A stretch of DNA of 60,095 bases from Candidatus Aenigmatarchaeota archaeon (GTDB lineage Archaea > Aenigmatarchaeota > Aenigmatarchaeia > CG10238-14 > SpSt-28): NCBI GenBank assembly GCA_049976365.1, contig JBMFIJ010000001.1, forward strand, positions 1 through 60,095, read 5' to 3'. Of the stretch, positions 34,751 to 44,581 are shown piece after piece. Within the stretch, counting starts at the first letter, position 1. Each line of letters starts with the position of its first letter. A program made the translations under genes and the position numbers. The notes below the pieces were generated by a model. That model was not told where the DNA came from. It made no database searches and was given only the letters and a program-made list of their open reading frames with translations.

Positions 34751-36199
34751 CTAAAACTCATGCTGACGATTTTTAAACTTTAATATTTTTATTACTTCTT
34801 GAATATTTGCTCTTCCTCTCACTTTTGATAATACAATGCTGTAAAGTTTTTCACTATCCTTAACTTCTTTTTTTGTTTCTTCTATAATTTTCAGGATTTC
34901 ACCCTCAGATAATGGTTTTAGGTTTAGTTTTTCTACTATTTGATCTATGGTTAAATTCCTATTAAAATACATTTCTTTTAGAATTTCATAAGCAGCCTCT
35001 TTAAAAATTTTCTGCTCTTCTAAAGCTTTAAAGAATTCAAAAATCTTTTCTTCTTCTAAATCGAAATCTATGTTTTCTTTCCTTTCCAAGTCTTTTATAA
35101 CAGATGAAAGAATATTTGCTACGACGCTTCCATCTATCTTAAATCTTTTCATAATTTCATCGAATAAAAAGAAATATTTTGATTTAAGTAAACTCTTAAC
35201 CAGTTGATCGTTTAATTTATATTCTTTTTTGTATCTTTCGATTATCTTTGTTAAAGGTTCAGGCATTTCCAGATTTTTTAGGTAAATCTCGGTTTTAATT
35301 GGTTTAATATCGGTTTCTGGATACATCCTTTCGCTTCCAGGTAAAGGTCTCATATAGATTGAGGTACCATCTTCTTTAGCAGCCCTAGTTTCTTTTTCAA
35401 CTTTTTTACCTTCTTTTATTAACAAAAGCTGTCTTTCTATTTCTTTTTCTATAACTTTGGAAATTAAACTTAATTTTTGTACTCCCTTTATTTCTACTCT
35501 TGCTCCACCTTCTATGGAAACATTAACATCTTGTCTTATTGCTCCTATGTTTTTTCTTATCTTTCTTGTGGATGAGGCTAATAGAAATATTTGATATGCT
35601 ATTTCTTCTATTTCCTTTGGCATAAATCCTTCTAAAATTCCAGTATCAATTTCAACCAAGGGAATACCAAGTCTGTTTAATTTATAGTACACTTTTCCAT
35701 TTTCTTCCTTATCTATAGCCGCGGAATCCTCTTCTAAGGAAATTTGAGTTATTGGTATTTTCTTTCCTTCAAAATCGAAATATCCGTCAAACCCAACAAT
35801 CATTGTTCTTTGAAAGCCGCTTGTATTACTACCATCAATAACAATTTTTCTCATTACATAAATTTCATCAGGTATTTTACAATTGAATAATTTTGCAATT
35901 TGAAGAGCAATTTTTAAAGCTTCTTCGTTTGGCTCATGAGGTGGTTCTTCATCCAACTCTACTAAACAGCATTCATTTTTAAAAACCTCATAATAAAATG
36001 TTCTATTTCTCAGATATTCAAATTGAGCAGCTCTATCTATTTCTCCTAATTCAGATTGAACGGGATGTAATTTTCTAACAACAATTTTAATTGGGTTTTT
36101 TCCTTTCATTGTTGTGAGACAGTTGCAAAATAGTTTTCTCTCTGTATCTAATTGAAAGTGTAATTCTAAACCAACTTTTAATCCAAAATAGCTAGACAT
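34751..36199 (-). CDS. gatE: Glu-tRNA(Gln) amidotransferase subunit E (short form, 482 aa)
   Basis: GLKVGLELHFQLDTERKLFCNC, RQDVNVSIEGGARVEIKGVQ, RMYPETDI. It lies directly downstream of gatD. Confidence 0.8.
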   Translation of the reverse strand: MSSYFGLKVGLELHFQLDTERKLFCNCLTTMKGKNPIKIVVRKLHPVQSELGEIDRAAQFEYLRNRTFYYEVFKNECCLVELDEEPPHEPNEEALKIALQIAKLFNCKIPDEIYVMRKIVIDGSNTSGFQRTMIVGFDGYFDFEGKKIPITQISLEEDSAAIDKEENGKVYYKLNRLGIPLVEIDTGILEGFMPKEIEEIAYQIFLLASSTRKIRKNIGAIRQDVNVSIEGGARVEIKGVQKLSLISKVIEKEIERQLLLIKEGKKVEKETRAAKEDGTSIYMRPLPGSERMYPETDIKPIKTEIYLKNLEMPEPLTKIIERYKKEYKLNDQLVKSLLKSKYFFLFDEIMKRFKIDGSVVANILSSVIKDLERKENIDFDLEEEKIFEFFKALEEQKIFKEAAYEILKEMYFNRNLTIDQIVEKLNLKPLSEGEILKIIEETKKEVKDSEKLYSIVLSKVRGRANIQEVIKILKFKNRQHEF

Positions 36200-36201
36200 T
36201 T

Positions 36202-37512
36202 TTATTCCTCTATGCTATAACTGATCTCATTTGCTATATTTGTTAGCATCATATTTTTAACTTCCTCCAGATTTTTTGTATGTCCCAAAACAAACATTAA
36301 TTTAACTAAAGCAGTTTCAATTGTCCAATCGCATCCATTTCCTATAACTCCTACTTTTTCTAAAATTCTACCAGTGGAATATACATTCAAATTCAATCTT
36401 CCAAAAATTGTTTGACTGGCAAAAACTATAGGCTTACCGCTTTTTATTATTTTTTCAACGACTGGAAGAAAGCTTTTGCCAAGCTCATCATTCTTGATAT
36501 TAACTGCTATATGTCCTAGACCAGTTGAAGCTATAATCAAACCATCATAGTATTTTGACATTTCTTCTAACACTTCTGGTTTTGCTCCAGGATGAAAATA
36601 GAAAATTCCAACATTAGGATCAATTTGCAAATCCAATGAGAGTTTTCTTTTTTTATCTCTTTTGATGTAATCTTCTCTCAAATACTCAATACTTTTTTCA
36701 AAATAATTAACTCTTGCTAAAGGAGAAATATTTATTGACTTAAATGCGTCTCTTCTGCTTGTATGCATTTTTCTAACTTTTGTTCCTCTATGAATTGAAC
36801 AATAATTATCGTTTAAATTTTCATGCATACAAACAACAACTTCTGCAACATCTCCTTTAGCGGCAAACAAAATAGCTGAAACCAAATTTATTTGATTGTC
36901 GCTGCTAGGTCTATCACTGCTTCTTTGAGCTCCAACTAGAACAACAGGCACAGGAAGATTTTGAAGCATAAAACTTAGAGCAGCGCTTGTGTAATGCATC
37001 GTATCAGTACCATGCATTAAAACTACTCCATCTACACCACTTTCAATTTCTTTAGCAACCTCTCTAGCTATAATTTTCCAATGTTCTGGTTGCATATCTT
37101 CGCTGAATAAATCGAAAAGTTTTCTAGCTTTTATATTTGCTATTTCTTTTATTTCAGGAAAAGCCTCTATTATTTCTTCTGGAGAAAAAGAGGGATAGAC
37201 AGCTCCAGTTTCATACTCTACTTTGCTTGCTATTGTTCCTCCACATGCCAAAATTGAAACAGTTGGTTTATTTGGGTCAAGAATTTCTTTTTCTAATTTA
37301 TTTTTAATTTTGGTACTTTTCTTTTTGAGCAACTCTACATTCATTTTTTCATTAAATTTTAAACCAATGTTATAACCATTTTCTAATTTTATTACAATAA
37401 CATCTTTTTCACTAAATTCAAATTTTGGCATAAGAATTCCGGTTAATGAATCAATTTTTATTTTATCCCCAATCTCTATTCCTTTTCTTTCTAAAAATTC
37501 GTAAGCATCCAT
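36202..37512 (-). CDS. gatD: Glu-tRNA(Gln) amidotransferase subunit D (asparaginase-like)
   Basis: ILACGGTIASKVEYETGAV, LMHGTDTMHYT. ATG 37512 (MDAYEFLERKGIEIGDKI) is preferred over the hydrophobic extension to 37572. Confidence 0.85.
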   Translation of the reverse strand: MDAYEFLERKGIEIGDKIKIDSLTGILMPKFEFSEKDVIVIKLENGYNIGLKFNEKMNVELLKKKSTKIKNKLEKEILDPNKPTVSILACGGTIASKVEYETGAVYPSFSPEEIIEAFPEIKEIANIKARKLFDLFSEDMQPEHWKIIAREVAKEIESGVDGVVLMHGTDTMHYTSAALSFMLQNLPVPVVLVGAQRSSDRPSSDNQINLVSAILFAAKGDVAEVVVCMHENLNDNYCSIHRGTKVRKMHTSRRDAFKSINISPLARVNYFEKSIEYLREDYIKRDKKRKLSLDLQIDPNVGIFYFHPGAKPEVLEEMSKYYDGLIIASTGLGHIAVNIKNDELGKSFLPVVEKIIKSGKPIVFASQTIFGRLNLNVYSTGRILEKVGVIGNGCDWTIETALVKLMFVLGHTKNLEEVKNMMLTNIANEISYSIEE

Positions 37513-37544
37513 AAAGTAAATTAAAAGAAAAAAATAAAAAAAGA

Positions 37545-38669
37545 TTAACCAAAAACGAGAAAGCTCCACCAAGGTTTAGCTACTGAAATTGTTGTACCAT
37601 TAGTTGCTGCTATTTCATAGTTTACACTGATATTTAATGGGATTATTCCTAGCAGTCTTCCAGATTTAACTGCAGCTACAGAATATACAGGAATTCCTGC
37701 CTTTCTCTCAAGTTTCATTTCCCTTATTCTTTCCCTTATTCTTTCCCTAACTTCTTCAGGAGTTTCTCTTATCGTTTCATTAGTTTCTGCATCTTCTAAT
37801 GTATTATTCTTGATTTTTAATGGAATTAGTGATTTAACAACTACTCCTTCAACGCTTATTGTTACATTATCCCCTGGATGAATTTCTATAGTTTTTCCAT
37901 TAACAGTTACAGTTATTTTTGTTACATTTGCTAGCTTTTCTCCTTCCCATTCTGCATGTTTACCAACAACAACTTCTTTGATTTCTTCCATTCTTTCCAT
38001 GTTAATTTCATGTATTTTTTCTACAAACTCTTTTACTAATTCTTTTCTTTTCTTGTTGTATTCGTGAATTACTTCTGCAAGTTGTCTACCAGTCAAATTT
38101 TGTGTTGTTATTTCATTTAACATTTCTTCATTAAGCTCTTCCATTTTTTGCCTAAATTCCTCTAAGTTTTCCATTTTTTCTATCGCATATTTCTTTGCTA
38201 TTATTGGGATTGGTGTTGGGACTGGCTGAGGAAAACAGTCTTTAAATTCTTCTCTCAATTTCAGAAATTCATCTATTTTTTCTTCTCTTTCAGTCTCGTT
38301 TTTAATTTCTCTTACGTCTTCTATTATTTCTTTCAATTTTTTCCTTATTTCAAGACAAGCACTTATTTTTGTTTCATTCAAAGTAATCGCTTTTATTCCT
38401 GGCCCACAAATGCATTTCCCTTCTTTACACATTGGTGTGTCCATTCCTATAACCATTGGACAAACTATTTGTGAACAATCTTCATCCTTAGAGCAGGGAA
38501 TTTTCCCAAACCATTCCATTCCTTTTTCTACTGTCTTTTCTGTACTTCCTGTAATTTCTGGAATAGCTGGAGGTAAGGTCTTTTCTTCCATTTTTTCAGC
38601 CATTACTGCAACTACTGAAAAGACTAATATGCTTATTATTAAGAAGGCAATGCTCTTCATACATATCAC
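37545..38669 (-). CDS. Secreted protein of unknown function: signal peptide, 6-Cys module, coiled coil, beta-rich C-terminal domain
   Basis: MKSIAFLIISILVFSVVAVMA signal; CSKDEDCSQIVCPMVIGMDTPMCKEGKCIC; long E/K-rich helices; C-terminus ...SVAKPWWSFLVFG. Confidence 0.5.
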   Translation of the reverse strand: MICMKSIAFLIISILVFSVVAVMAEKMEEKTLPPAIPEITGSTEKTVEKGMEWFGKIPCSKDEDCSQIVCPMVIGMDTPMCKEGKCICGPGIKAITLNETKISACLEIRKKLKEIIEDVREIKNETEREEKIDEFLKLREEFKDCFPQPVPTPIPIIAKKYAIEKMENLEEFRQKMEELNEEMLNEITTQNLTGRQLAEVIHEYNKKRKELVKEFVEKIHEINMERMEEIKEVVVGKHAEWEGEKLANVTKITVTVNGKTIEIHPGDNVTISVEGVVVKSLIPLKIKNNTLEDAETNETIRETPEEVRERIRERIREMKLERKAGIPVYSVAAVKSGRLLGIIPLNISVNYEIAATNGTTISVAKPWWSFLVFG

Positions 38670-38701
38670 TAAAATTAAATTTCTTTACTGTATTAATAAG
38701 T

Positions 38702-40711
38702 CTATATTCTGCTTATAAAACCAGGTCTAGGCGAATATATAATTCCTTCCTGTTGCATTTTTCTTAAAATCTCTTCTATATCCTCAATTCCACTAGCTTT
38801 ACCTCTTTTTACTATATCATCAAACGAGATTTCCTTTCCTTGCACTTTTTCCAAATCTTCAATAATTGTTAAAACAGTTCTTATTTTACTTCTTTGGACT
38901 GCAGTTGCTTTTGCACCTTCAGCTCTATCTATATCTAAGGTTCCAGTTTCTGGCTCAAAACCAAATTGTCTCAATGAATAGCTCATTAACTTTATTGCCC
39001 TTAAAGCATCTTCTTTATTAACTTCATTCCTTAATTGAATTTTTGCTGAAGCTTCCGCTAACCTTATTAAAGCTTCATATTGTCTTAGCGTTATTGCTAT
39101 TGGTGCGCCCTCCACAGATTTGCTTCTTAAATCCAAAAAGAACTTTTTAAGTTCTTCTCCAGCTTCGGGAGTTAATTTTGGATGACAATTTTTTCTAGCA
39201 TAAGCCACATATTTTCTAAAAAGCTCCGGGGGTATTACAGGTCCAACAACATCTTCACCATAATGTCTGGCTTTTAGAATATGAGAAACAATTTTTTCAT
39301 CTTTTTCAGGATTTGGTACATCTCTAATTGCAAATTTTAAATCAAACCTTGTTAAAATTGTCTCTGGAACGTCTATTTGCTCTTTTATAGGAATATAAGG
39401 ATCAAACCTTCCGAGTTTTGGATTTCCTCCAGCTAAAATAGATGTTTTAGCAGGTAAAGTGGCAACTATATTAGCTTTTGCAATAGATATTTGGCCCATT
39501 TCCATGGCTTCATGTAAAGCTATCATATCCTGCTTATCAATTTTTTCAAACTCATCTATACAAAGCAAGCTTTTATTACAAAGAACTAAAGCTCCAGCTT
39601 CCAGTACCCAACCACCAAAAAACTCTTCATCTCTAACAACTGTAGCTGTTATACCAACGCCTGTTATACCTTTCCCACTAACATACCTAGCTCTCGGAAT
39701 TAAAGTTGATGCAACTTTCATTATTGCACTTTTTCCTGAGCTTGGATCTCCAAGTAATAGAATGTGAATTTCCCCTCTAACTCTAGATTTATCCTTTTGT
39801 ATATGTTCTTCACCACCAAAAAGTTGTAGAGCAATAGCTAGTTTGATTTCTTCATAACCATAAATTGCTGGTGCAATAGATGCAACTATTTTATCGTATA
39901 TTTGGGGGTCTTTAGCCAATTCAAGAATTTTCTTCTCGTCTTCCTCTGTTATTTCTATTTCCTCCCATTCTGTTTCTACGCTTTCAACATGTATCGCATC
40001 TAAATATATTTCCATTTGTTTTGAAACACTGCCTTTAACTTTTCTTGGTAGTTGCTTTAAAATTCCTGTAACTTTAATTCTATTTCCAGGATCAGTTCTG
40101 TACTGCATTTTTGGTGTAACTAAATCTTCTTTAAGATAGATCATTAGATCTGAAGGCCTTTCTCCGCTAGTTATCTCAAAAGGTTCTTCTACTACAATCC
40201 ACCTAGAATCATAAAACTTTTCTGATACTTTATTAAATCCTCTTTTATTTCCACAGTTTGGGCATACTTCAGGAGCTTTAATTGATCTTTCTTCCTGTTT
40301 TACAGTTATTAGTTCTCCGCAAGCTTGGCATTGAAATGTTATCTCATAAACCTCAGGTCTTACTTCACTTGCTCTTTTAACAATTCCATCTATAACCAAA
40401 AGTTTCCCTATGTGTTCTGCTCTTAAATTCCTTATCCTTATGTTTCTATCTTCTGGTAAATTGAAAAATCTTAGATGAAATCTTCTTTCTACTAAAGAAG
40501 GATCTATTTCACTCAAAGATTTTTCAACTTCATTTATAGTTTCTTCTGGATTTTCAAGAAGATATTCTGCAGCTTCTATATCATATCTTTCTAATTCAGA
40601 AAAATCAATATCTATGGAAGATTTACCTTCCGCAACGCTAACTATAATCTTGTCTTTGTAAAAATCTTCTAGAAAAGATAAAATTTTCTCTATAACTTTT
40701 TCCCTTTCCAT
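38702..40711 (-). CDS. mcm: MCM replicative helicase
   Basis: Zn finger CQACGE...CPNCG, Walker A LLLGDPSSGKS, Walker B LCIDEFEK, arginine finger TRFDL; 669 aa. Confidence 0.95.
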   Translation of the reverse strand: MEREKVIEKILSFLEDFYKDKIIVSVAEGKSSIDIDFSELERYDIEAAEYLLENPEETINEVEKSLSEIDPSLVERRFHLRFFNLPEDRNIRIRNLRAEHIGKLLVIDGIVKRASEVRPEVYEITFQCQACGELITVKQEERSIKAPEVCPNCGNKRGFNKVSEKFYDSRWIVVEEPFEITSGERPSDLMIYLKEDLVTPKMQYRTDPGNRIKVTGILKQLPRKVKGSVSKQMEIYLDAIHVESVETEWEEIEITEEDEKKILELAKDPQIYDKIVASIAPAIYGYEEIKLAIALQLFGGEEHIQKDKSRVRGEIHILLLGDPSSGKSAIMKVASTLIPRARYVSGKGITGVGITATVVRDEEFFGGWVLEAGALVLCNKSLLCIDEFEKIDKQDMIALHEAMEMGQISIAKANIVATLPAKTSILAGGNPKLGRFDPYIPIKEQIDVPETILTRFDLKFAIRDVPNPEKDEKIVSHILKARHYGEDVVGPVIPPELFRKYVAYARKNCHPKLTPEAGEELKKFFLDLRSKSVEGAPIAITLRQYEALIRLAEASAKIQLRNEVNKEDALRAIKLMSYSLRQFGFEPETGTLDIDRAEGAKATAVQRSKIRTVLTIIEDLEKVQGKEISFDDIVKRGKASGIEDIEEILRKMQQEGIIYSPRPGFISRI

Positions 40712-40778
40712 GTTTTGAATTTGAAAGGGTATTTAAAGATTTTCTTTAAAATTGCGAAAATTTAGAAAAAAAGAAAAA

Positions 40779-41318
40779 TTACTCAAAAGCTTTTATTTTC
40801 TTGAGCTGTTTATATATCTCTTCTATTGCTTTTTTTACTTCTTCGACTTTTCTTGCTCCAGTACAAACTACCTTGCCTGAGCTAAAGAATAAAAATGCTG
40901 TTTTTGGTTCTTCCATTCTATAAACTACTCCAGGAAACTGTTCTGGCTCATATTCTGTGTTTTCTAGCTCGAAAGCTATCTTATCCAAGTTAAGCCTTTC
41001 CTTAAACCTAGCAGATGCTACTATGTTTTGTACTTCTAGCTTATAATTTGATGGAATTTTTACTCCAGCTTTTCTAATCTTCTTTAGGATTTTTTCTACA
41101 CTTTGCTTCAATTCGCTCATGTTTCTTGCTCCAGTACAAACTACCTTACCTGAGCCAAAAATTAGAGCTGCTGTTTTTGGTTCTTCCATTCTATAAACTA
41201 CTCCAGGAAACTGTTCTGGCTCATATTCTGTATCTTCATCTAAAAGCTTGTTTAGAGGAATTCTAACTCCAAGAGAAATAGACGCTACTATGTTCTCAAC
41301 TTTGATTTCAAACTCCAT
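40779..41318 (-). CDS. tbp: TATA-box binding protein
   Basis: Two TBP repeats, each with EYEPEQFPGVVYRMEEPKTA..F.SGKVVCTGAR; 179 aa. Confidence 0.95.
   Translation of the reverse strand: MEFEIKVENIVASISLGVRIPLNKLLDEDTEYEPEQFPGVVYRMEEPKTAALIFGSGKVVCTGARNMSELKQSVEKILKKIRKAGVKIPSNYKLEVQNIVASARFKERLNLDKIAFELENTEYEPEQFPGVVYRMEEPKTAFLFFSSGKVVCTGARKVEEVKKAIEEIYKQLKKIKAFE
40850..40958. repeat. Intragenic direct repeat (TBP C-terminal repeat copy), offset 273 nt from 41123-41231
   Basis: 62 consecutive identical nt (40897-40958 equals 41170-41231), plus a further near-identical block from 40850/41123. Confidence 0.9.
41123..41231. repeat. Intragenic direct repeat (TBP N-terminal repeat copy)
   Basis: See 40850-40958. 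The offset is exactly 91 codons. Confidence 0.9.
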
Positions 41319-41360
41319 AATTTCACCAAAAATAATATTGTTTTCAACTTTAAATTTTTG

Positions 41361-41789
41361 TTAATATTGAAGTAAGAAATTATTCAGCTTAAAGGACGGA
41401 ATTATTAGTGTTCCTTCAAATTCATTTATTCCCTCATCATAAAGAGTTAGTATTAATGGTATGACATCTTTTTCCGTTTTAAAGAAATTTTTCAATTCTA
41501 ATGCTCTTTCTTTCTGCTTTACAGCAAATTTTTTCAGTTCACTTATTTTATATCTTCCTCTGCTCCACTTTTTACAATCCACAGCAAATATTACATAATC
41601 TTTTTCTGCAACTAAATCTATCTCGTATCTTTTTTTCGTTTTAAACCTAAAGTTTCTGATTGTTTTGAAGCCATGGATCTTAAAAATTTCCTCTACTTTT
41701 TCTTCAAACTCTTTCCAGTCAATAAGCTTTAATATTTCTTCTAAAGTCTTTCCGCTTTTTATCAGTTGCTCAATTTCCTCCAACTTCAT
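41361..41789 (-). CDS. Stand-alone Mrr-cat / PD-(D/E)xK nuclease-fold protein
   Basis: IDWKEFEEKVEEIFKIHGF...YEIDLVAEKDYVIFAVDCKKW matches the Mrr catalytic-domain pattern (FE..v, D...D/E.K). Confidence 0.5.
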   Translation of the reverse strand: MKLEEIEQLIKSGKTLEEILKLIDWKEFEEKVEEIFKIHGFKTIRNFRFKTKKRYEIDLVAEKDYVIFAVDCKKWSRGRYKISELKKFAVKQKERALELKNFFKTEKDVIPLILTLYDEGINEFEGTLIIPSFKLNNFLLQY

Positions 41790-41879
41790 TTAATTATTAT
41801 TAGCAAAAATATTTTATGAATGTTCATTTCAAGAAAGAATTCAATTGTTTCTTTTAAATCTATTTTTTAACAAAACACA

Positions 41880-42635
41880 ATGATAAAAATGATAATTGCA
41901 GGAATAGATGAAGCAGGAAGGGGTGCTGTTATAGGTCCAATGGTGTTAGCAGGAGTTAGTATAGATACTAAAGATACTAAAAGATTAAAAGCGATTGGAG
42001 TTAAAGATTCAAAGGATCTATCTTCCAAAAGAAGAGAAGAATTAGCAAAAGAAATAGAAAGTATTGCAAAAAATATAGTAGTTATAAAAGTTCCTGCTTG
42101 TAAGATTTCTTCATTTAAGATGAAAGGGATAAATCTGGATAGAATAGAGGCAATGAAAATTGCTGATATTATAAGCATGATTGATGCAAAAAAGGTTTAT
42201 GTAGATTCTATAGAGCAAAACTCAGAAAAGTTTGAAGAAATGATTAAAGAATATCTTCCTAATAGCGACAAATATAAACTGATTGTTAAGAACTATCTCG
42301 ATGAAAGTATTCCAGTTGTTTCCGCAGCTTCAATAATTGCTAAGGTGGAAAGGGATAAAGAGATAGAAGAGATTAAGAAAAAGGTAAATGAGGATTTTGG
42401 TGTTGGATATTCTCATGATGAAAAAACTAGGAAGTTTATAGAAAAGATATTAATGAATGAAGAAAAGCCTCCAGATTATTTAAGAATTCATTGGGAAACA
42501 GTAGAAGATATAGCTAGAAAACTGTTAGAAGAAAATAAAAAAGTTAAAAAATGGGTTTTTGAACTTGTTTTGAAAGAAGGTTCATGGCAGAAAAAATTAA
42601 AAGATTTTTTCATAAAAAGGATTATGGGTGAGTAG
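41880..42635 (+). CDS. rnhB: Ribonuclease HII
   Basis: IAGIDEAGRGAVIGPMV, DSK, AASIIAKVERD; 251 aa. Confidence 0.9.
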   Translation: MIKMIIAGIDEAGRGAVIGPMVLAGVSIDTKDTKRLKAIGVKDSKDLSSKRREELAKEIESIAKNIVVIKVPACKISSFKMKGINLDRIEAMKIADIISMIDAKKVYVDSIEQNSEKFEEMIKEYLPNSDKYKLIVKNYLDESIPVVSAASIIAKVERDKEIEEIKKKVNEDFGVGYSHDEKTRKFIEKILMNEEKPPDYLRIHWETVEDIARKLLEENKKVKKWVFELVLKEGSWQKKLKDFFIKRIMGE

Positions 42636-42873
42636 TATGAATACAAAAAAAGTTTTAGTTTTAATTACATTCTTCTTAGGTATTATAGCTGGATTAATTT
42701 CTTATCTATCAAAAAGCTATTTGTTAGCAATTGCTTTAACGATTAGTATTTATTTTTCTTCCTATCTTGCTTTCAGAAAATTTTTTGATATAAAAGAATT
42801 TATAAAAGAAACGTTGATAGGATATTTTGGTTTATGGATTATAGTTTGGATAATTCTGTTTAACTTACTTTAG
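42628..42873 (+). CDS. Small membrane protein (3 TM)
   Basis: 81 aa and hydrophobic; overlaps the rnhB stop by 8 nt. Confidence 0.4.
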   Translation: MSSMNTKKVLVLITFFLGIIAGLISYLSKSYLLAIALTISIYFSSYLAFRKFFDIKEFIKETLIGYFGLWIIVWIILFNLL

Positions 42874-42902
42874 ATTTATTTTTCAGCTTGCATAAAATTT
42901 TT

Positions 42903-43619
42903 ATGAAGATTTTAGCCACTTCAGACATACATTCTCCAATCTTTTATTCAGAATTTCTTAACTCTTTGGAAAAAATTGATGAAAAAATAGACTTAATACT
43001 TTTAGCAGGAGATATTGTAGAGAGAGATTCTTTAGAAAAAGAAATAGAGGAATATAAAAAAGTGGCGAACAGTTTTTTTGGAAAGTTTTTTGTTCCTATA
43101 ATTGCTGTTTTTGGGAATACTGAATTTGATGAATACAGAGAAAAAATAAAGGAAGAGATAAAAGGAGTAAGATTTTTAGATGACGAATACATTGAGCTAC
43201 AAATAGGAGAAAATAAAATTTTGATTTTTGGAAGCACAGGTAGTTTAGATGAACCAACAAGATGGCAGTCAGCAAATATACCTAATATAAGACAAATTTA
43301 CAGCTATAGAATAGAAAAGGCTAGGACTGTTTTAAAAAATTACACTGGCTATAAAATTTTATTAACTCATTATGCAACAACTTTTAAGACTTTAGAAGGA
43401 GAAAATCCGCTCTTTTATTCAAATTTAGGAAGTAAGGATTTTGAAAAAGTTATAGAAGAAGTTAAACCTAATCTAGTAATTCATGGTCATTCTCATAAAG
43501 GAAGTAAGTTTGCTTGGGTAGATACTGTTCCAATTTTTAATGTCGCATTTCCATTAAACAAAGAAGTTGTTATTATAGATACGGAAAAAATAAAGCCAGG
43601 ATTACAGAAGTTTCTATAA
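42903..43619 (+). CDS. Calcineurin-like metallophosphoesterase
   Basis: MKILATSDIHSP, LLAGDIV, GNTEFD, THY, HGHSH. ATG 42903 is preferred over TTG 42888. Confidence 0.75.
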   Translation: MKILATSDIHSPIFYSEFLNSLEKIDEKIDLILLAGDIVERDSLEKEIEEYKKVANSFFGKFFVPIIAVFGNTEFDEYREKIKEEIKGVRFLDDEYIELQIGENKILIFGSTGSLDEPTRWQSANIPNIRQIYSYRIEKARTVLKNYTGYKILLTHYATTFKTLEGENPLFYSNLGSKDFEKVIEEVKPNLVIHGHSHKGSKFAWVDTVPIFNVAFPLNKEVVIIDTEKIKPGLQKFL

Positions 43620-43621
43620 GT

Positions 43622-44311
43622 TTAAACTCTTTTCTTTGACTTAGGTGAAATGTTTCCAACTTTTGCTCCAGGAGGCGCATGCCTACTAACGGTTTTACTT
43701 GGTCTTGGCCTATGTCTCTTTCCACCCCAAGGATGATCAACTGGATTCATAACAACTGCCGCTGTTCTTGGAAATAGCTTTCCTCTTGTATGCAATGCAA
43801 TATACTTTTTACCAGCCTTTACCCACGGCTTTTCAACTCTACCTGAATTAGAGGGTATTCCTATTGTAGCTCTGCATCTAGCATCTAAAACCTTTTGTTT
43901 ACCAGAGGAAAATTGAACGACTACTTTATCTTCAGTTTTTCCAACTACAATCGCAAAACTACCACTGGATCTACAATATTTTGGTCCAGAACCAGGGTAA
44001 CTTTCTATTCCAAAAATCTTTGTTCCTTCAGGAATTTTCCCAATTTCTACTACATTACCATTAGCAATCTCCCCATCATACTTTATTACTTGTCCAACAT
44101 AGGCTCCTTCTGGAGCTATCTGTAGTATTTCTTTTCCACCAATCTTTACAAGCATAACTAAAGCGGATCTTCCAGGATCATGTAATATATCTTTAACTAT
44201 ACCTTCTCCTTTACCGTCAAAATATTCTACTTTACCTAAATATCTATGGCTGGGCGCTCTATATCTTGGGCCACCTTTTCCTCTAGCTCTAGCAATTATA
44301 CGCTTTCCCAT
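43622..44311 (-). CDS. rpl2: 50S ribosomal protein L2 (uL2)
   Basis: GKRIIARARGKGGPRYRAPSHRY...MNPVDHPWGGKRHRPRPSKTVSRHAPPG. Confidence 0.95.
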   Translation of the reverse strand: MGKRIIARARGKGGPRYRAPSHRYLGKVEYFDGKGEGIVKDILHDPGRSALVMLVKIGGKEILQIAPEGAYVGQVIKYDGEIANGNVVEIGKIPEGTKIFGIESYPGSGPKYCRSSGSFAIVVGKTEDKVVVQFSSGKQKVLDARCRATIGIPSNSGRVEKPWVKAGKKYIALHTRGKLFPRTAAVVMNPVDHPWGGKRHRPRPSKTVSRHAPPGAKVGNISPKSKKRV

Positions 44312-44319
44312 TTAACCAC

Positions 44320-44580
44320 CTATAATATTCCAAGCTTAACAGCAACATCACTTGCTTTAAATTCTTTTTTTAACTTAATAAAAGCTTTCTTTTTTCCATC
44401 TTTTGTTATCATTGTATTAACTTTCTCAACTTTAACTCCAAAAAGTTTTTCAAAGGCATCTTTTATCTGCTTCTTATTTGCCTTTCTGTCAACAATAAAA
44501 ACTATCTTATTTTCTCTTTCAATCATGTTTACTGCCTTTTCCGTAACTAAAGGATATAGTAAAATCTTAAATGGTTCCAT
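44320..44580 (-). CDS. rpl23: 50S ribosomal protein L23 (uL23)
   Basis: ILLYPLVTEKAVNMIERENKIVFIVDRKANKKQIKDAFEKLFGVKV. Confidence 0.9.
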   Translation of the reverse strand: MEPFKILLYPLVTEKAVNMIERENKIVFIVDRKANKKQIKDAFEKLFGVKVEKVNTMITKDGKKKAFIKLKKEFKASDVAVKLGIL

Positions 44581-44581
44581 A

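Noticed and set aside
34585-34776. A 63-aa ORF in the aRF1/gatE convergent gap, with a TATA-like cttataac 25 nt upstream.
   Set aside because: It overlaps the gatE 3' end by 26 nt and has no recognisable motif. It is kept only as a weak possibility and is not listed as a feature.
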